The notes below the pieces were generated by a model. That model had not been told where the DNA came from. It saw only the letters and a program-made list of their open reading frames with translations, and made no database searches. Shown here piece after piece: positions 27,270 through 35,889 of a stretch of 51,324 bases of DNA. The number at the start of each line of letters is the position of its first letter. The first letter of the stretch is position 1. The translations under genes and the position numbers were made by a program. The DNA is taken from positions 1 through 51,324 of the forward strand of contig JBLMXP010000102.1 of NCBI GenBank assembly GCA_050257835.1, read 5' to 3'. The stretch is from Planctomycetaceae bacterium (lineage in GTDB: Bacteria; Actinomycetota; UBA4738; HRBIN12).

Positions 27270-29549
27270 GTGGATCCCCGCGCGTTCCTCGACCGGCTGA
27301 CCGCCGACCCCGACCTGGCCGACTCGCTGGTGCACGTCGAGGAGCTCGGGGCGCGCGCGCCACGGCTCGAGCCGTTCCCCGAGGATCTGCCGGAGGTGCT
27401 CGTGTCCCGGCTGGGCCTGCTCGGGATCGAGGGCCTCTACCCGCACCAGCGCGCAGGGCTCGAGGTGCTCCGCGGCGGCCGCGGCGTGGTGATGGCGACC
27501 GGCACCGCGAGCGGCAAGACCCTCGTCTACGACCTCGCGGCGGCCGAGGCGATCCTGACCTCGCCGAAAGCGACCGCGCTGTTCTTGTTCCCGACGAAGG
27601 CGCTCGCCCGCGACCAGCTGCGCCAGGTCCGGGCGCTCAAGCTCCCCCAGCTGAAGGCGGCCGTCTACGACGGCGACACGCCGCAGGCCGAACGCCCGCT
27701 CGTGCGCAAGAACGCGAACGTCGTGCTGACGAACCCGGACATGCTGCACCTGTCGATCCTCGCCGACCACGCGCGATGGGCGGACTTCCTGTTCCGGCTG
27801 TCGCTCGTGGTGGTCGACGAGGCGCACGTGCTCCGCGGCGTGTTCGGCTCCCAGGTCGCGATGGTGCTCCGACGTCTTCGCCGGTTGGTCGCCCATCACG
27901 GCGGGGAGCCCCGCTGGTGCCTCGCGAGCGCCACGATCGGCAACCCGGGCGAGCTCGCCGAGCGGCTCACCGGCCTGGACCTACCGGTGATCGAGGAGGA
28001 CGCCTCGCCGCGCGGGCGGAAGCTGTTCGCGCTGTGGAACCCACCCGTGATCGACGACGAGACCGGCGCGCGGCGGAGCGCGCTCGCGGAGTCGGCGACG
28101 CTGATGGCCGACCTCGTCGACGACGGCGTCCGCACGATCGGGTTCGCGCGGTCGCGGCGCGCGGCCGAGCTGCTCGCCGAGTTCACGCGACGCGGTGTGG
28201 GCGACGCGCAGGCACGCACGCGGATCCGCTCCTATCGCGCCGGCTACCTCGCCGAGGACCGCCGGGCGATCGAACAGGCCCTCGCCGGCGGCGAGCTGCT
28301 CGCGGTCGCCTCCACGAACGCGCTCGAGCTCGGGATCGACATCGGCTCGCTCGACGCCGCGGTCCTCACCGGCTACCCGGGCACCCGCGCGTCGATGTGG
28401 CAGCAGGCCGGGCGTGCCGGGCGGCGCGAGGCCGAGTCGCTCGCGATGCTGGTCGCCCAGGACGACCCGCTCGACCAGTTCCTCGTCGAGCACCCCGACG
28501 AGCTGTTCGAGAAGCCCCCCGAGGCGGCGGTGATCGATCCCACGAACCCGTACGTGCTCGAGCCGCACCTGCGCTGCGCCGCGCGGGAGCAGCCCCTGAC
28601 CTCCGAGGAGGCGACGACGTTCTTCGGTGGGAACGCCGCCGCGGCGGCGCTCGAGCACCTCGAGGCCAGCGGTGGTCTGCGCCGCCGCGGCGACACCTGG
28701 CACGACACCGGCGGCGGCTCCCCCCATCGCGACGTCGACGTCCGCGCCGGTGGCGGCCACGTGTACCGGATCGTCCTGGCCGACTCCGGCGAGCTGCTCG
28801 GCACCGCCGACGAGCACCGCGCGTTCGCCACCTTGCACCCGGGCGCCGTCTACCTGCACCAGGGCGAGCAGTACCTCGTGCGCGCGCTCGACCTCGACGG
28901 CCGCGTCGCGCTCGTCGAGGAAGCCGACCCCGACTTCTACACGCAGGCGCGCGACGTCACCGACGTCCGGATCACGGCCGTGCTCGACAGGCGCCCGATG
29001 GGCGACGCCGAGCTCTCCTTCGGCGACGTCGAGGTCACGAACCAGGTGGTCGGGTTCGTCCGCAAGCTCGTCTCCACGAACGAGGTCCTCGCCGACGTCC
29101 CCCTCGACCTGCCCGACGTCGTCCTGCAGACCCGCGCGGTGTGGTGGACGCTCCCGGGCCGGCTGATCGATCGCGCGGGGGTCGAGCCGCGCGACCTCGC
29201 CGGCGGGATCCACGCCGCCGAGCATGCGGCGATCGGGCTGCTGCCGCTCGTCGCGACCTGCGACCGCTGGGACATCGGCGGCGTCTCCACCCCGCTGCAC
29301 GAGGACACCGGCCTCACCACGATCTTCGTCTACGACGGCTATCCCGGCGGCGCCGGCGTCACCGAACGCGGGTTCCGCAGCGTCGACCGGTGGCTCCACG
29401 CCACGCTCGAGCGCGTCCGCGACTGCCCCTGCCGCGACGGCTGCCCCTCGTGCGTGCAGTCTCCGAAGTGCGGCAACGGCAACGAGCCGCTCGACAAGCG
29501 GGCAGCGGTCGCGCTGCTCGCCGCGATCCTCGGCGCCGCCTGGGGTTGA
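27270..29549 (+). CDS. DEAD/DEAH-box helicase with a C-terminal DUF1998 four-Cys domain (MrfA/YprA/SftH-like)
   Basis: GTG start. It has Walker A ATGTASGKT, DEAH (VVVDEAHVL), helicase C motifs (QQAGRAGRR) and a C-terminal CPCRDGCPSCVQSPKCGNGNEPLDK. Confidence 0.9.
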   Translation: MDPRAFLDRLTADPDLADSLVHVEELGARAPRLEPFPEDLPEVLVSRLGLLGIEGLYPHQRAGLEVLRGGRGVVMATGTASGKTLVYDLAAAEAILTSPKATALFLFPTKALARDQLRQVRALKLPQLKAAVYDGDTPQAERPLVRKNANVVLTNPDMLHLSILADHARWADFLFRLSLVVVDEAHVLRGVFGSQVAMVLRRLRRLVAHHGGEPRWCLASATIGNPGELAERLTGLDLPVIEEDASPRGRKLFALWNPPVIDDETGARRSALAESATLMADLVDDGVRTIGFARSRRAAELLAEFTRRGVGDAQARTRIRSYRAGYLAEDRRAIEQALAGGELLAVASTNALELGIDIGSLDAAVLTGYPGTRASMWQQAGRAGRREAESLAMLVAQDDPLDQFLVEHPDELFEKPPEAAVIDPTNPYVLEPHLRCAAREQPLTSEEATTFFGGNAAAAALEHLEASGGLRRRGDTWHDTGGGSPHRDVDVRAGGGHVYRIVLADSGELLGTADEHRAFATLHPGAVYLHQGEQYLVRALDLDGRVALVEEADPDFYTQARDVTDVRITAVLDRRPMGDAELSFGDVEVTNQVVGFVRKLVSTNEVLADVPLDLPDVVLQTRAVWWTLPGRLIDRAGVEPRDLAGGIHAAEHAAIGLLPLVATCDRWDIGGVSTPLHEDTGLTTIFVYDGYPGGAGVTERGFRSVDRWLHATLERVRDCPCRDGCPSCVQSPKCGNGNEPLDKRAAVALLAAILGAAWG

Positions 29550-29555
29550 GTCCGT

Positions 29556-29572
29556 CGCGCGACGATCGCGCG
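29556..29572 (+). terminator. Hairpin directly after the helicase stop
   Basis: CGCGCGA-CGA-TCGCGCG (7-bp stem) begins 7 nt after the TGA at 29547..29549. Confidence 0.35.
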
Positions 29573-29711
29573 TAAGGGTTCCGCAAGGGATCGAGACCCG
29601 CGCGTTGGAAGAACCTACGGACCTCATCCGCAGGGTGTCCCCTCCGGCGACACCCTCCTAGCCTCGCCGCATGGGACACGGCCCATCGCGCCTCGTGGCC
29701 GGGCGATCGAC

Positions 29712-30170
29712 GTGAGGACCGAGGCGAGCGGCGCGTTGGCCGTGGGCGTGATCCTCCCGATCAGCGTCGCCGTGGTGGTTGCCTGGCTGCCGCGGATCGA
29801 GCGCCGATCCCTTCGCGTCCGGCCGGAGCCGGGGCTGGGCTCGAGCTCCGCGTGCCCGACGGAGGATGGGAACGTCGCGGTGACCGCGACCGCCGAGGCG
29901 ACGACCGTCATCGAGCGAGCGGGCGGACTGGTCTTCCTCACGACGTCCCGCTGCCGCATCCCTCGACTGCGCGTGTCGGCGGTCGTGGCGTCGTGCGAGC
30001 CGCCATCCGATGTGCTGGCGTTCCGACGATGCCACGTGGGATCCTTCCTCCTCTTCATCGACCCCACGATCCCCGAACCTCGTCACGTGCTGCTCGACGT
30101 CGCGCGCGAGCCCCGAGGCGACGAGATCGTCGCGTACCTCGACGGCTTCGCATACGTGGTGTGGCGCTGA
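29712..30170 (+). CDS. Hypothetical small protein
   Basis: 152-aa ORF with strong G/C third-position bias throughout. It has an N-terminal TM-like segment (ALAVGVILPISVAVVVAWL). An alternative GTG at 29880, following GGAGGA, would give 96 aa. I recognise no family. Confidence 0.5.
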   Translation: MRTEASGALAVGVILPISVAVVVAWLPRIERRSLRVRPEPGLGSSSACPTEDGNVAVTATAEATTVIERAGGLVFLTTSRCRIPRLRVSAVVASCEPPSDVLAFRRCHVGSFLLFIDPTIPEPRHVLLDVAREPRGDEIVAYLDGFAYVVWR

Positions 30171-30173
30171 GCC

Positions 30174-31019
30174 CTACTCGACCGGCTCTCCCGCGTACTT
30201 CCGTTCCGACACCCGCCGGCCGATCTCGGCGGCCAGCACGAGCAGCACTGAGATCGCGAGGATCACGGTCGACACGGCGATCAGCTGCGGAAGCTGGCTC
30301 GGCACGCGTAGCTGCGCGAACAGGTAGACGGGCCAGGTCGGCGTGGTGCCGGCGAGGAACGACGCGATCGCGTACTCGTCGAACGACAGCGTGAACGCGA
30401 TCAGGAACGCCGAGACGAGCGCGGGGAACAGCAGCGGCAGCGTCACCCGGCGGAACGTGCTCCACGCGTTCGCGCCGAGATCCTGGGCCGCCTCCTCGAG
30501 CGTCACGCTCAGTCGTTCCATCAGCGGCAGGATCGTGAGGATCGCGTACGGCAACGACACCACGACGTGGCCGACCGCCACGGTCTGCACGCCGAAGCCG
30601 ATGAACGAGCCGGTCGTGGAGATCAAGAACCGGTCGAACGCGGTGAATAGGACGAGCAGCGCGATCCCGAACACGAGGTAGGGGATCACGAGCGGGGAGA
30701 ACACGAGCGCGGAGAACGCCCCCTTCCCGCGGAAGTTCCGGCGCACCAGGGCGTAGGTGGCGAGCACCGCGAGCACGACGCAGATCAGGCTGGAGATCGT
30801 CGCCACCACGAGGCTCCGTCGCACCGCGTCGAGCAGCTGGGGGTTCGTGATCATCCGCTTGTACCAGTCGAGCGTGAACCCCTGCAGCGGGAACGACGCG
30901 TCGCCCGCGTTGAACGAGAAGATCACCAGCACGAGCAGGGGCACGTACAGGAACACCACCAACGCGACGAAGAACGCACGCAGCCCCCAGAGGGCTCGCC
31001 GCGATGCCGACAGCTCCAT
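30174..31019 (-). CDS. ABC transporter permease (PotC/PotI-like)
   Basis: 281 aa with 6 TM and an EAA-type loop LEEAAQDLGANAWSTFRRVTLPL. Confidence 0.9.
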   Translation of the reverse strand: MELSASRRALWGLRAFFVALVVFLYVPLLVLVIFSFNAGDASFPLQGFTLDWYKRMITNPQLLDAVRRSLVVATISSLICVVLAVLATYALVRRNFRGKGAFSALVFSPLVIPYLVFGIALLVLFTAFDRFLISTTGSFIGFGVQTVAVGHVVVSLPYAILTILPLMERLSVTLEEAAQDLGANAWSTFRRVTLPLLFPALVSAFLIAFTLSFDEYAIASFLAGTTPTWPVYLFAQLRVPSQLPQLIAVSTVILAISVLLVLAAEIGRRVSERKYAGEPVE

Positions 31020-31029
31020 CAGTCGCCCC

Positions 31030-31911
31030 TCACGCCTGCACGTTCCGCACGTTCATGAACCGCCCGAAGATCGTCATCAGCACCCCGACGACGATCAGCA
31101 GGAACAGCGCGAGCACCGACCCGCTCTGCCAGTCCAGCGCCTTCGTGAACCGGTCCTGGATCGCGTTGCCGAACAGGTACCCGTTCGTCCCGCCGACGAG
31201 CTGCGGCGTCACGAACTCCCCGATCGTCGGCACGAACACGAACACGAACGCCGCCACGACCCCCGGCATGCTGAGCGGGAGCGTCACCCGTCGGAACGTC
31301 TGCCACCGCCCGGCGCCGAGGTCGCCGGCGGCCTCCAAGTAGGACCGGTCGAGGTTGTCGAGGCTCACGAAGATCGGCAGCGCGACGAACGGGATCCACA
31401 CGTAGGCGAGCACGAGCATCACCGCGAACTGGCTGTAGAGGAGCCATTGCACCGGGTTGTCCGCCGTGCGCAGGTGCAGCTCCACGAGGAGCGTGTTGAT
31501 CACGCCCTCGTCGCCGAGGATCACCTTCCACGCGAGCACCCGCAGCAGGTAGCTCGTGAGGAACGGTGCGATGATCAGCAGCAGCAGGACGTACTTCCGC
31601 TTGCGGACGCAGAGCGCGAGGAAATAGCCGACCGGGTAGGCCACGACCACCACGACTACCGACACGATCAGCGAGACCCGGACCGACTTCCAGAACAGCC
31701 CGAGGTAGATCGAATCTCCCGTCAGGAAGTGGTGCCAGTCCGAGAACGAGATCACCCGCGGGTCCAACGACGGCGGGAGGACGTGGACGGCGCCGAAGCT
31801 GTAGAGCGCGATGAAACCGACCGGCACGAGGAAGAACACGGTCAACCACAGCAGCGGCGCCGCGAGGATCGCGGCGGTGGCCCGCCAGGTGCGGGGCTCG
31901 GTCGTGCTCAC
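31030..31911 (-). CDS. ABC transporter permease (PotB/PotH-like)
   Basis: 293 aa with an EAA-type loop LEAAGDLGAGRWQTFRRVTLPL. Confidence 0.9.
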   Translation of the reverse strand: MSTTEPRTWRATAAILAAPLLWLTVFFLVPVGFIALYSFGAVHVLPPSLDPRVISFSDWHHFLTGDSIYLGLFWKSVRVSLIVSVVVVVVAYPVGYFLALCVRKRKYVLLLLIIAPFLTSYLLRVLAWKVILGDEGVINTLLVELHLRTADNPVQWLLYSQFAVMLVLAYVWIPFVALPIFVSLDNLDRSYLEAAGDLGAGRWQTFRRVTLPLSMPGVVAAFVFVFVPTIGEFVTPQLVGGTNGYLFGNAIQDRFTKALDWQSGSVLALFLLIVVGVLMTIFGRFMNVRNVQA

Positions 31912-31914
31912 GGG

Positions 31915-33081
31915 CTACGCGGCGAGGACCTGCTGCCAGTAGTCCGCGTACACGGAGCGACGCGGGATGTAGGACTCGGGGTTCGAGTTCGGCGGCTCCA
32001 GGATCGACAGATCGTTCAGGCTGAACGTCTTGACGATGTAATCGGGGATCTTCGACAGGTCCGCCGTCGTGTTCGCGTGCCCGTAGTAGTAGTAGGCGAG
32101 CAGGAACTCGGCCGCCGTCGTGCTGGACCACGAATCCACGTAGGCGTGCGCGTGGTAGTAGTTCGGCGTGTCGTTGAACAGACCGAAGCCGCACGACCAG
32201 GTGATCCGGCCTTCCTTCGGCTGCATGTAGACGACGTCCATGCCCGCCGACAGCGCGTAGCCGACCGTGTCGGGCCACGAGTAGCCGATCCACACCTCGT
32301 CGCGCTTGAACGCCTGCCACAGCTCGTAGGACTGGTTCCACATGAACCGCACGAGCGGCTTCTTCGAGATCAGGAAGTCACGCATCTGCGTGAGCTCGTC
32401 GTCGGTCATCTGCCACGGGTTCTCGACCTGGTGGTAGAAGCCTGCGATCACGAGCATCTCGAGCGTGTCGATCCAGGAGATCTTCCCCTTGTAGCGGTCG
32501 TCCCACAGCAGCGACCACGAGTCCTCGGTCGGCTCCACCTTGTCGGCGCGGTACAGCGGCGCGATGAAGCCCCAGTCCTCCACGATGAAGTACTGCTTGC
32601 CGCCGATCACGCCGAACTTCTCGAGCGTGGGGTTGAGGTCGGGGTAGTTCTTGATCAGCGTCGTGTCCCACGGCTGCATCACGCCGAGGTCGACGTAGTC
32701 CTGGAACCGGTACGCGCACGGGTGCACCACGTCGTAGTGCGTGCCCGAGGCGACCTTCGTGAACCCGGCGTCGTCGTTCTCGAACAGGATGAACTTCGGC
32801 GTGTCTCCGGTCGCGGTCTGATACTGCTGCCAGAGGTCCTTCTTCTCGAGCTTCGGGTAGTAGTCCCCGTTGCCGTAGCCCGACCAGTCGAAGACCTGGA
32901 GGTTGCCGGGCTCCTGGCTCATGCTCGGGCGCGCCGAGCCCTCCGCGATCGCGCTCGACGACGTCGAGGCCTTCTGGCAGGCGGCGAGCACGGCGCTCAT
33001 GCCGACGCCCATCCCCGCGTAGCGGAGCAGGTCGCGGCGTCCGATACGCTGCGCGAACAGACGGTCCATGTCGCCAGGCAT
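31915..33081 (-). CDS. Extracellular solute-binding lipoprotein (spermidine/putrescine PotD/F-like) with a Tat-type signal
   Basis: 388 aa. It has a twin-arginine motif RRDLLRY followed by the lipobox VLAAC. The mature part is Trp/Tyr/Asp-rich, typical of type II SBPs. Confidence 0.82.
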   Translation of the reverse strand: MPGDMDRLFAQRIGRRDLLRYAGMGVGMSAVLAACQKASTSSSAIAEGSARPSMSQEPGNLQVFDWSGYGNGDYYPKLEKKDLWQQYQTATGDTPKFILFENDDAGFTKVASGTHYDVVHPCAYRFQDYVDLGVMQPWDTTLIKNYPDLNPTLEKFGVIGGKQYFIVEDWGFIAPLYRADKVEPTEDSWSLLWDDRYKGKISWIDTLEMLVIAGFYHQVENPWQMTDDELTQMRDFLISKKPLVRFMWNQSYELWQAFKRDEVWIGYSWPDTVGYALSAGMDVVYMQPKEGRITWSCGFGLFNDTPNYYHAHAYVDSWSSTTAAEFLLAYYYYGHANTTADLSKIPDYIVKTFSLNDLSILEPPNSNPESYIPRRSVYADYWQQVLAA

Positions 33082-33171
33082 GTGTGTCCTCCCCCCACCC
33101 GGCGACCCCTCGCCGGAGCGCGCGTATCATGCGCGCATGCTGGCCCGGGCGCAATCCGTCGGGGTCGCTCA

Positions 33172-33753
33172 GTGCGGGTAGTCCGGACGGCGCTCGTGGC
33201 GCTCCTGGTCACGGGCACGGCGTGCGCATCCTCGGGCGGCTCCCTCTCGCCGTCGTCCTCGGCGGCCGCCGTCCGCGTCGCGATGCCGTCGGCGACGCTC
33301 CCCGGCATGCACCGCACCGACGACACCCTCGACGCGACCGGCGCCGCCGCCGACGCGGTCCAGCCCCAGGACCTGCGGTCCCTCCTCGAAGGAGCGGGGT
33401 TCGTCGGGGCGCGCGAGCGCACCTGGGCCGGGATGCAGGGGCCGTTCGCGCGGGTGGTCGTGCGCGCCTGGGTGTTCGGGAGCGCGGGCGGCGCCGCGAC
33501 GTTCCTCACCTGGGTCCGCGACCAGCCGGCACAGCTGATCGGGATCGCCCAGCCGGTCGACGGTGGGGCGGGCTTGCCGGACTCGGTCGCGCTCGCGCTG
33601 CATCGGCCGAGCGGCTGCTGCCACGAGGAGACGCCGATCTACCTCGCGTCGTGGCGGCGCGGCCCGGTCGTGTGGACGATCCGCGCCAGCGGCCCCAGGA
33701 TCCGCACGACGCCCGTGCTGTCGCTCGTGGCGCAGATCGAACAGGAGGTGTGA
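33172..33753 (+). CDS. Hypothetical lipoprotein
   Basis: GTG start. The signal-plus-lipobox is VRVVRTALVALLVTGTAC. The upstream 2.4 kb of the 998-aa ORF is shadow of the ABC genes. Confidence 0.6.
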   Translation: MRVVRTALVALLVTGTACASSGGSLSPSSSAAAVRVAMPSATLPGMHRTDDTLDATGAAADAVQPQDLRSLLEGAGFVGARERTWAGMQGPFARVVVRAWVFGSAGGAATFLTWVRDQPAQLIGIAQPVDGGAGLPDSVALALHRPSGCCHEETPIYLASWRRGPVVWTIRASGPRIRTTPVLSLVAQIEQEV

Positions 33754-33755
33754 GG

Positions 33756-34589
33756 GTGCTGGAGCGGTTCGGTCCCGTCGCGGAGGGACTCGATCATCCC
33801 GAGGGCGTGGCCTGGGGGCCCGACGGCCGGCTGTACGCAGGCGGCGAGGCGGGCCAGGTCTACGCGATCGACCCCGGTGGCGACGTCACCGAGGTGGGCA
33901 CGACCGGCGGGTTCCTCTACGGCGTCACCGTCGACGCCGACGCGAACGTCTACGCGTGCGACTTCGGCAACGCCTCCCTGCAACGGATCGCGCCCGACGG
34001 CGCCGTCACGACCTGGTCCTCGGGAACCGAGGACCGCCCGATGCGCGTGCCGAACTACGCGGCCTTCGACGACACCGGCAACCTGTACGTGACCGACTCG
34101 GGCGGCTGGGCCGACGACGACGGGTCGCTCTACCGGATCACCCCCGAGGGTCGGACAGAGGTCTGGAGCGAGGACGTCCCGGCGTTCCCGAACGGCTGCT
34201 GCCTCAGCGCCGACGGCGACGCGCTGCTCGTGATCGAGTCGCACGCGCGCCGGGTCGTGCGCGTGCCGATCCACGACGACGGGTCGGCAGGCGCGCCCAC
34301 GGCGGTGGTCGACCTCACGGGCTCGCAGCCCGACGGGATCGCGCTCGCGGCCGACGGCACGATGCTGATCGGCTGCTACCGTCCCGACCGGATCTGGCGG
34401 GTCGACCCCGACGGCCGCGCCGAGGTCCTCGCCGAGGATCCCGACGGGGTCGTCCTGAACCAGCCGGCCAACATCGCGTTCTGGGGCCCCGCCCGGGACC
34501 GGATCGTCGTCTCCAGCCTCGGTGGGTGGAACCTGATGAGCGCCGACATCGGACTCGTCGGACTCCCGCTCCGCTACCCGCGCCTGTGA
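33756..34589 (+). CDS. SMP-30/gluconolactonase/LRE-like beta-propeller protein
   Basis: The GTG lies 7 nt after AGGAGG. Repeated propeller strands include PEGVAWGPDGRLY, NVYACD, GNLYVTDS, PNGCCLSADGDALLV and PDGIALAADGTMLI. Confidence 0.8.
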   Translation: MLERFGPVAEGLDHPEGVAWGPDGRLYAGGEAGQVYAIDPGGDVTEVGTTGGFLYGVTVDADANVYACDFGNASLQRIAPDGAVTTWSSGTEDRPMRVPNYAAFDDTGNLYVTDSGGWADDDGSLYRITPEGRTEVWSEDVPAFPNGCCLSADGDALLVIESHARRVVRVPIHDDGSAGAPTAVVDLTGSQPDGIALAADGTMLIGCYRPDRIWRVDPDGRAEVLAEDPDGVVLNQPANIAFWGPARDRIVVSSLGGWNLMSADIGLVGLPLRYPRL

Positions 34590-34623
34590 CGCGGAGGGCT
34601 CCGCGCGCTGGGATACTCGACCG

Positions 34624-35112
34624 ATGGCGACCCCCCGGCCCTACGTCTCGGTGATCGGCGCCAGCAACGCCACCGAGTGGGAGCTCGCCACGGCGGAGCG
34701 TGTGGGCGTCCTGCTCGCCGAGGCCGGCTGTGTGCTCGTGTGCGGCGGGCTCGGCGGCGTGATGGACGCGGCCGCCCGCGGCGCCGCCTCGCGCGACGGC
34801 GTGTCGGTCGGGATCCTCCCCGGCACCGACCGTTCGATCGCGTCGCGGCACCTCACCGTGGCGATCGCCACCGGCTTCGGTGAGGCGCGCAACGCGATCG
34901 TCGCCCGCAGCGCGGACGCCGTGATCGCGGTCGGCGGCGAGTTCGGCACCCTGTCGGAGATCGCCCTCGCGCTCAAGATGGGGACGCCCGTGATCGGGCT
35001 CGGCACCTGGGCCCTGGGCCGCGACGACCTCGACCGGGACCCGATCGTCCGCGCGGAGACCCCCGAGGAGGCGATCGCGGAGCTGCGACGTTTCTTGCCG
35101 CACACGTCGTAG
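34624..35112 (+). CDS. TIGR00725-type LOG/SLOG-like Rossmann protein
   Basis: 162 aa with VSVIGAS, VCGGLGGVMDAAARGA and IAVGGEFGTLSEIALA. Confidence 0.78.
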   Translation: MATPRPYVSVIGASNATEWELATAERVGVLLAEAGCVLVCGGLGGVMDAAARGAASRDGVSVGILPGTDRSIASRHLTVAIATGFGEARNAIVARSADAVIAVGGEFGTLSEIALALKMGTPVIGLGTWALGRDDLDRDPIVRAETPEEAIAELRRFLPHTS

Positions 35113-35159
35113 TCCGCTCGGTTGACCGCGCGACCGCCCGCGAGGGAGGATGCGGGTCC

Positions 35160-35789
35160 ATGGTGCTCGCGTGGTTGCTCGTGATCCTGTCCGCCGCGGT
35201 GGCCGGCACGGCCGTCGACATGGTGGTCGAGAGCGCCGACACGGGCGGGGGAACCCTCATCGCGTTCGGCAGGACGCTCGGCCAACCCGGCCTGCCCGCC
35301 GGCACCTGGATCCTCTGCGGGTTCTCGGCGCTCGCGGCGCTGATGCTGGTCGCGGCGCTCATGAACCGACGGGCCCGCACGATCGAGCGTCGCGTCGCCG
35401 GCGAGTACGACGCGAAGTACGAGGAGCTCTCCCAGCGCCACGCCGGCGACATCGCCCGTGCGCGCCTCCTGGAGGGTCGGGCCAAGGAGCTCGAGGACAC
35501 GGTCGGCACGCTCACGACGCAACGCGACGCGGTCTTCCAGGAGCTCGACACGGGGCGGCACCAGTTGCTGGAGGTCCGCCGCGCGGCGAACCAGCAGCGC
35601 CGGGCGCTCCGCGAGCTCGCCCACCTCTCCGACGAGCAGGTCGTCAAGATCCCCGAGCTGCCCGCCGACGTGAAGGCGCTGATGGTCGACGACAACCTCG
35701 ACGAGGTCGAGGTCGAGGGGGCGCCGTCCGTGCCCTTGCCGTCGGCTCCGCCCGTGCGGACCGGCAACGTCCAGGGCACCCGCCGCTGA
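35160..35789 (+). CDS. Hypothetical membrane protein with a coiled-coil cytoplasmic region
   Basis: The ATG lies 9 nt after GGAGGA. Two TM segments are followed by a heptad-like charged region (ELEDTVGTLTTQRDAVFQELDTGRHQLLEVRRAANQQRRALRELAHL). Confidence 0.6.
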   Translation: MVLAWLLVILSAAVAGTAVDMVVESADTGGGTLIAFGRTLGQPGLPAGTWILCGFSALAALMLVAALMNRRARTIERRVAGEYDAKYEELSQRHAGDIARARLLEGRAKELEDTVGTLTTQRDAVFQELDTGRHQLLEVRRAANQQRRALRELAHLSDEQVVKIPELPADVKALMVDDNLDEVEVEGAPSVPLPSAPPVRTGNVQGTRR

Positions 35790-35889
35790 CCCCGACCGTC
35801 CAGCCGTCGCTCCGGCGCCTGCCCGCTGCGGATATCTCCGTACCGCTGCCAGGTCGCTCGCGCGCGCGTCAGGGATACTAGCCCGCGTC

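Noticed and set aside
27270-29549. Reading the DUF1998 helicase as part of a DISARM-like or other defence system
   Set aside because: No DrmB/DrmC, methyltransferase, nuclease or other defence partner is adjacent. The architecture and size match the widespread stand-alone MrfA/SftH-type repair helicase.
30757-33171. First 805 codons of the 998-aa ORF 30757..33753
   Set aside because: This part is antisense to the three ABC transporter genes. Only the last 193 codons, from the GTG at 33172 with a signal peptide and lipobox, look like a real protein.
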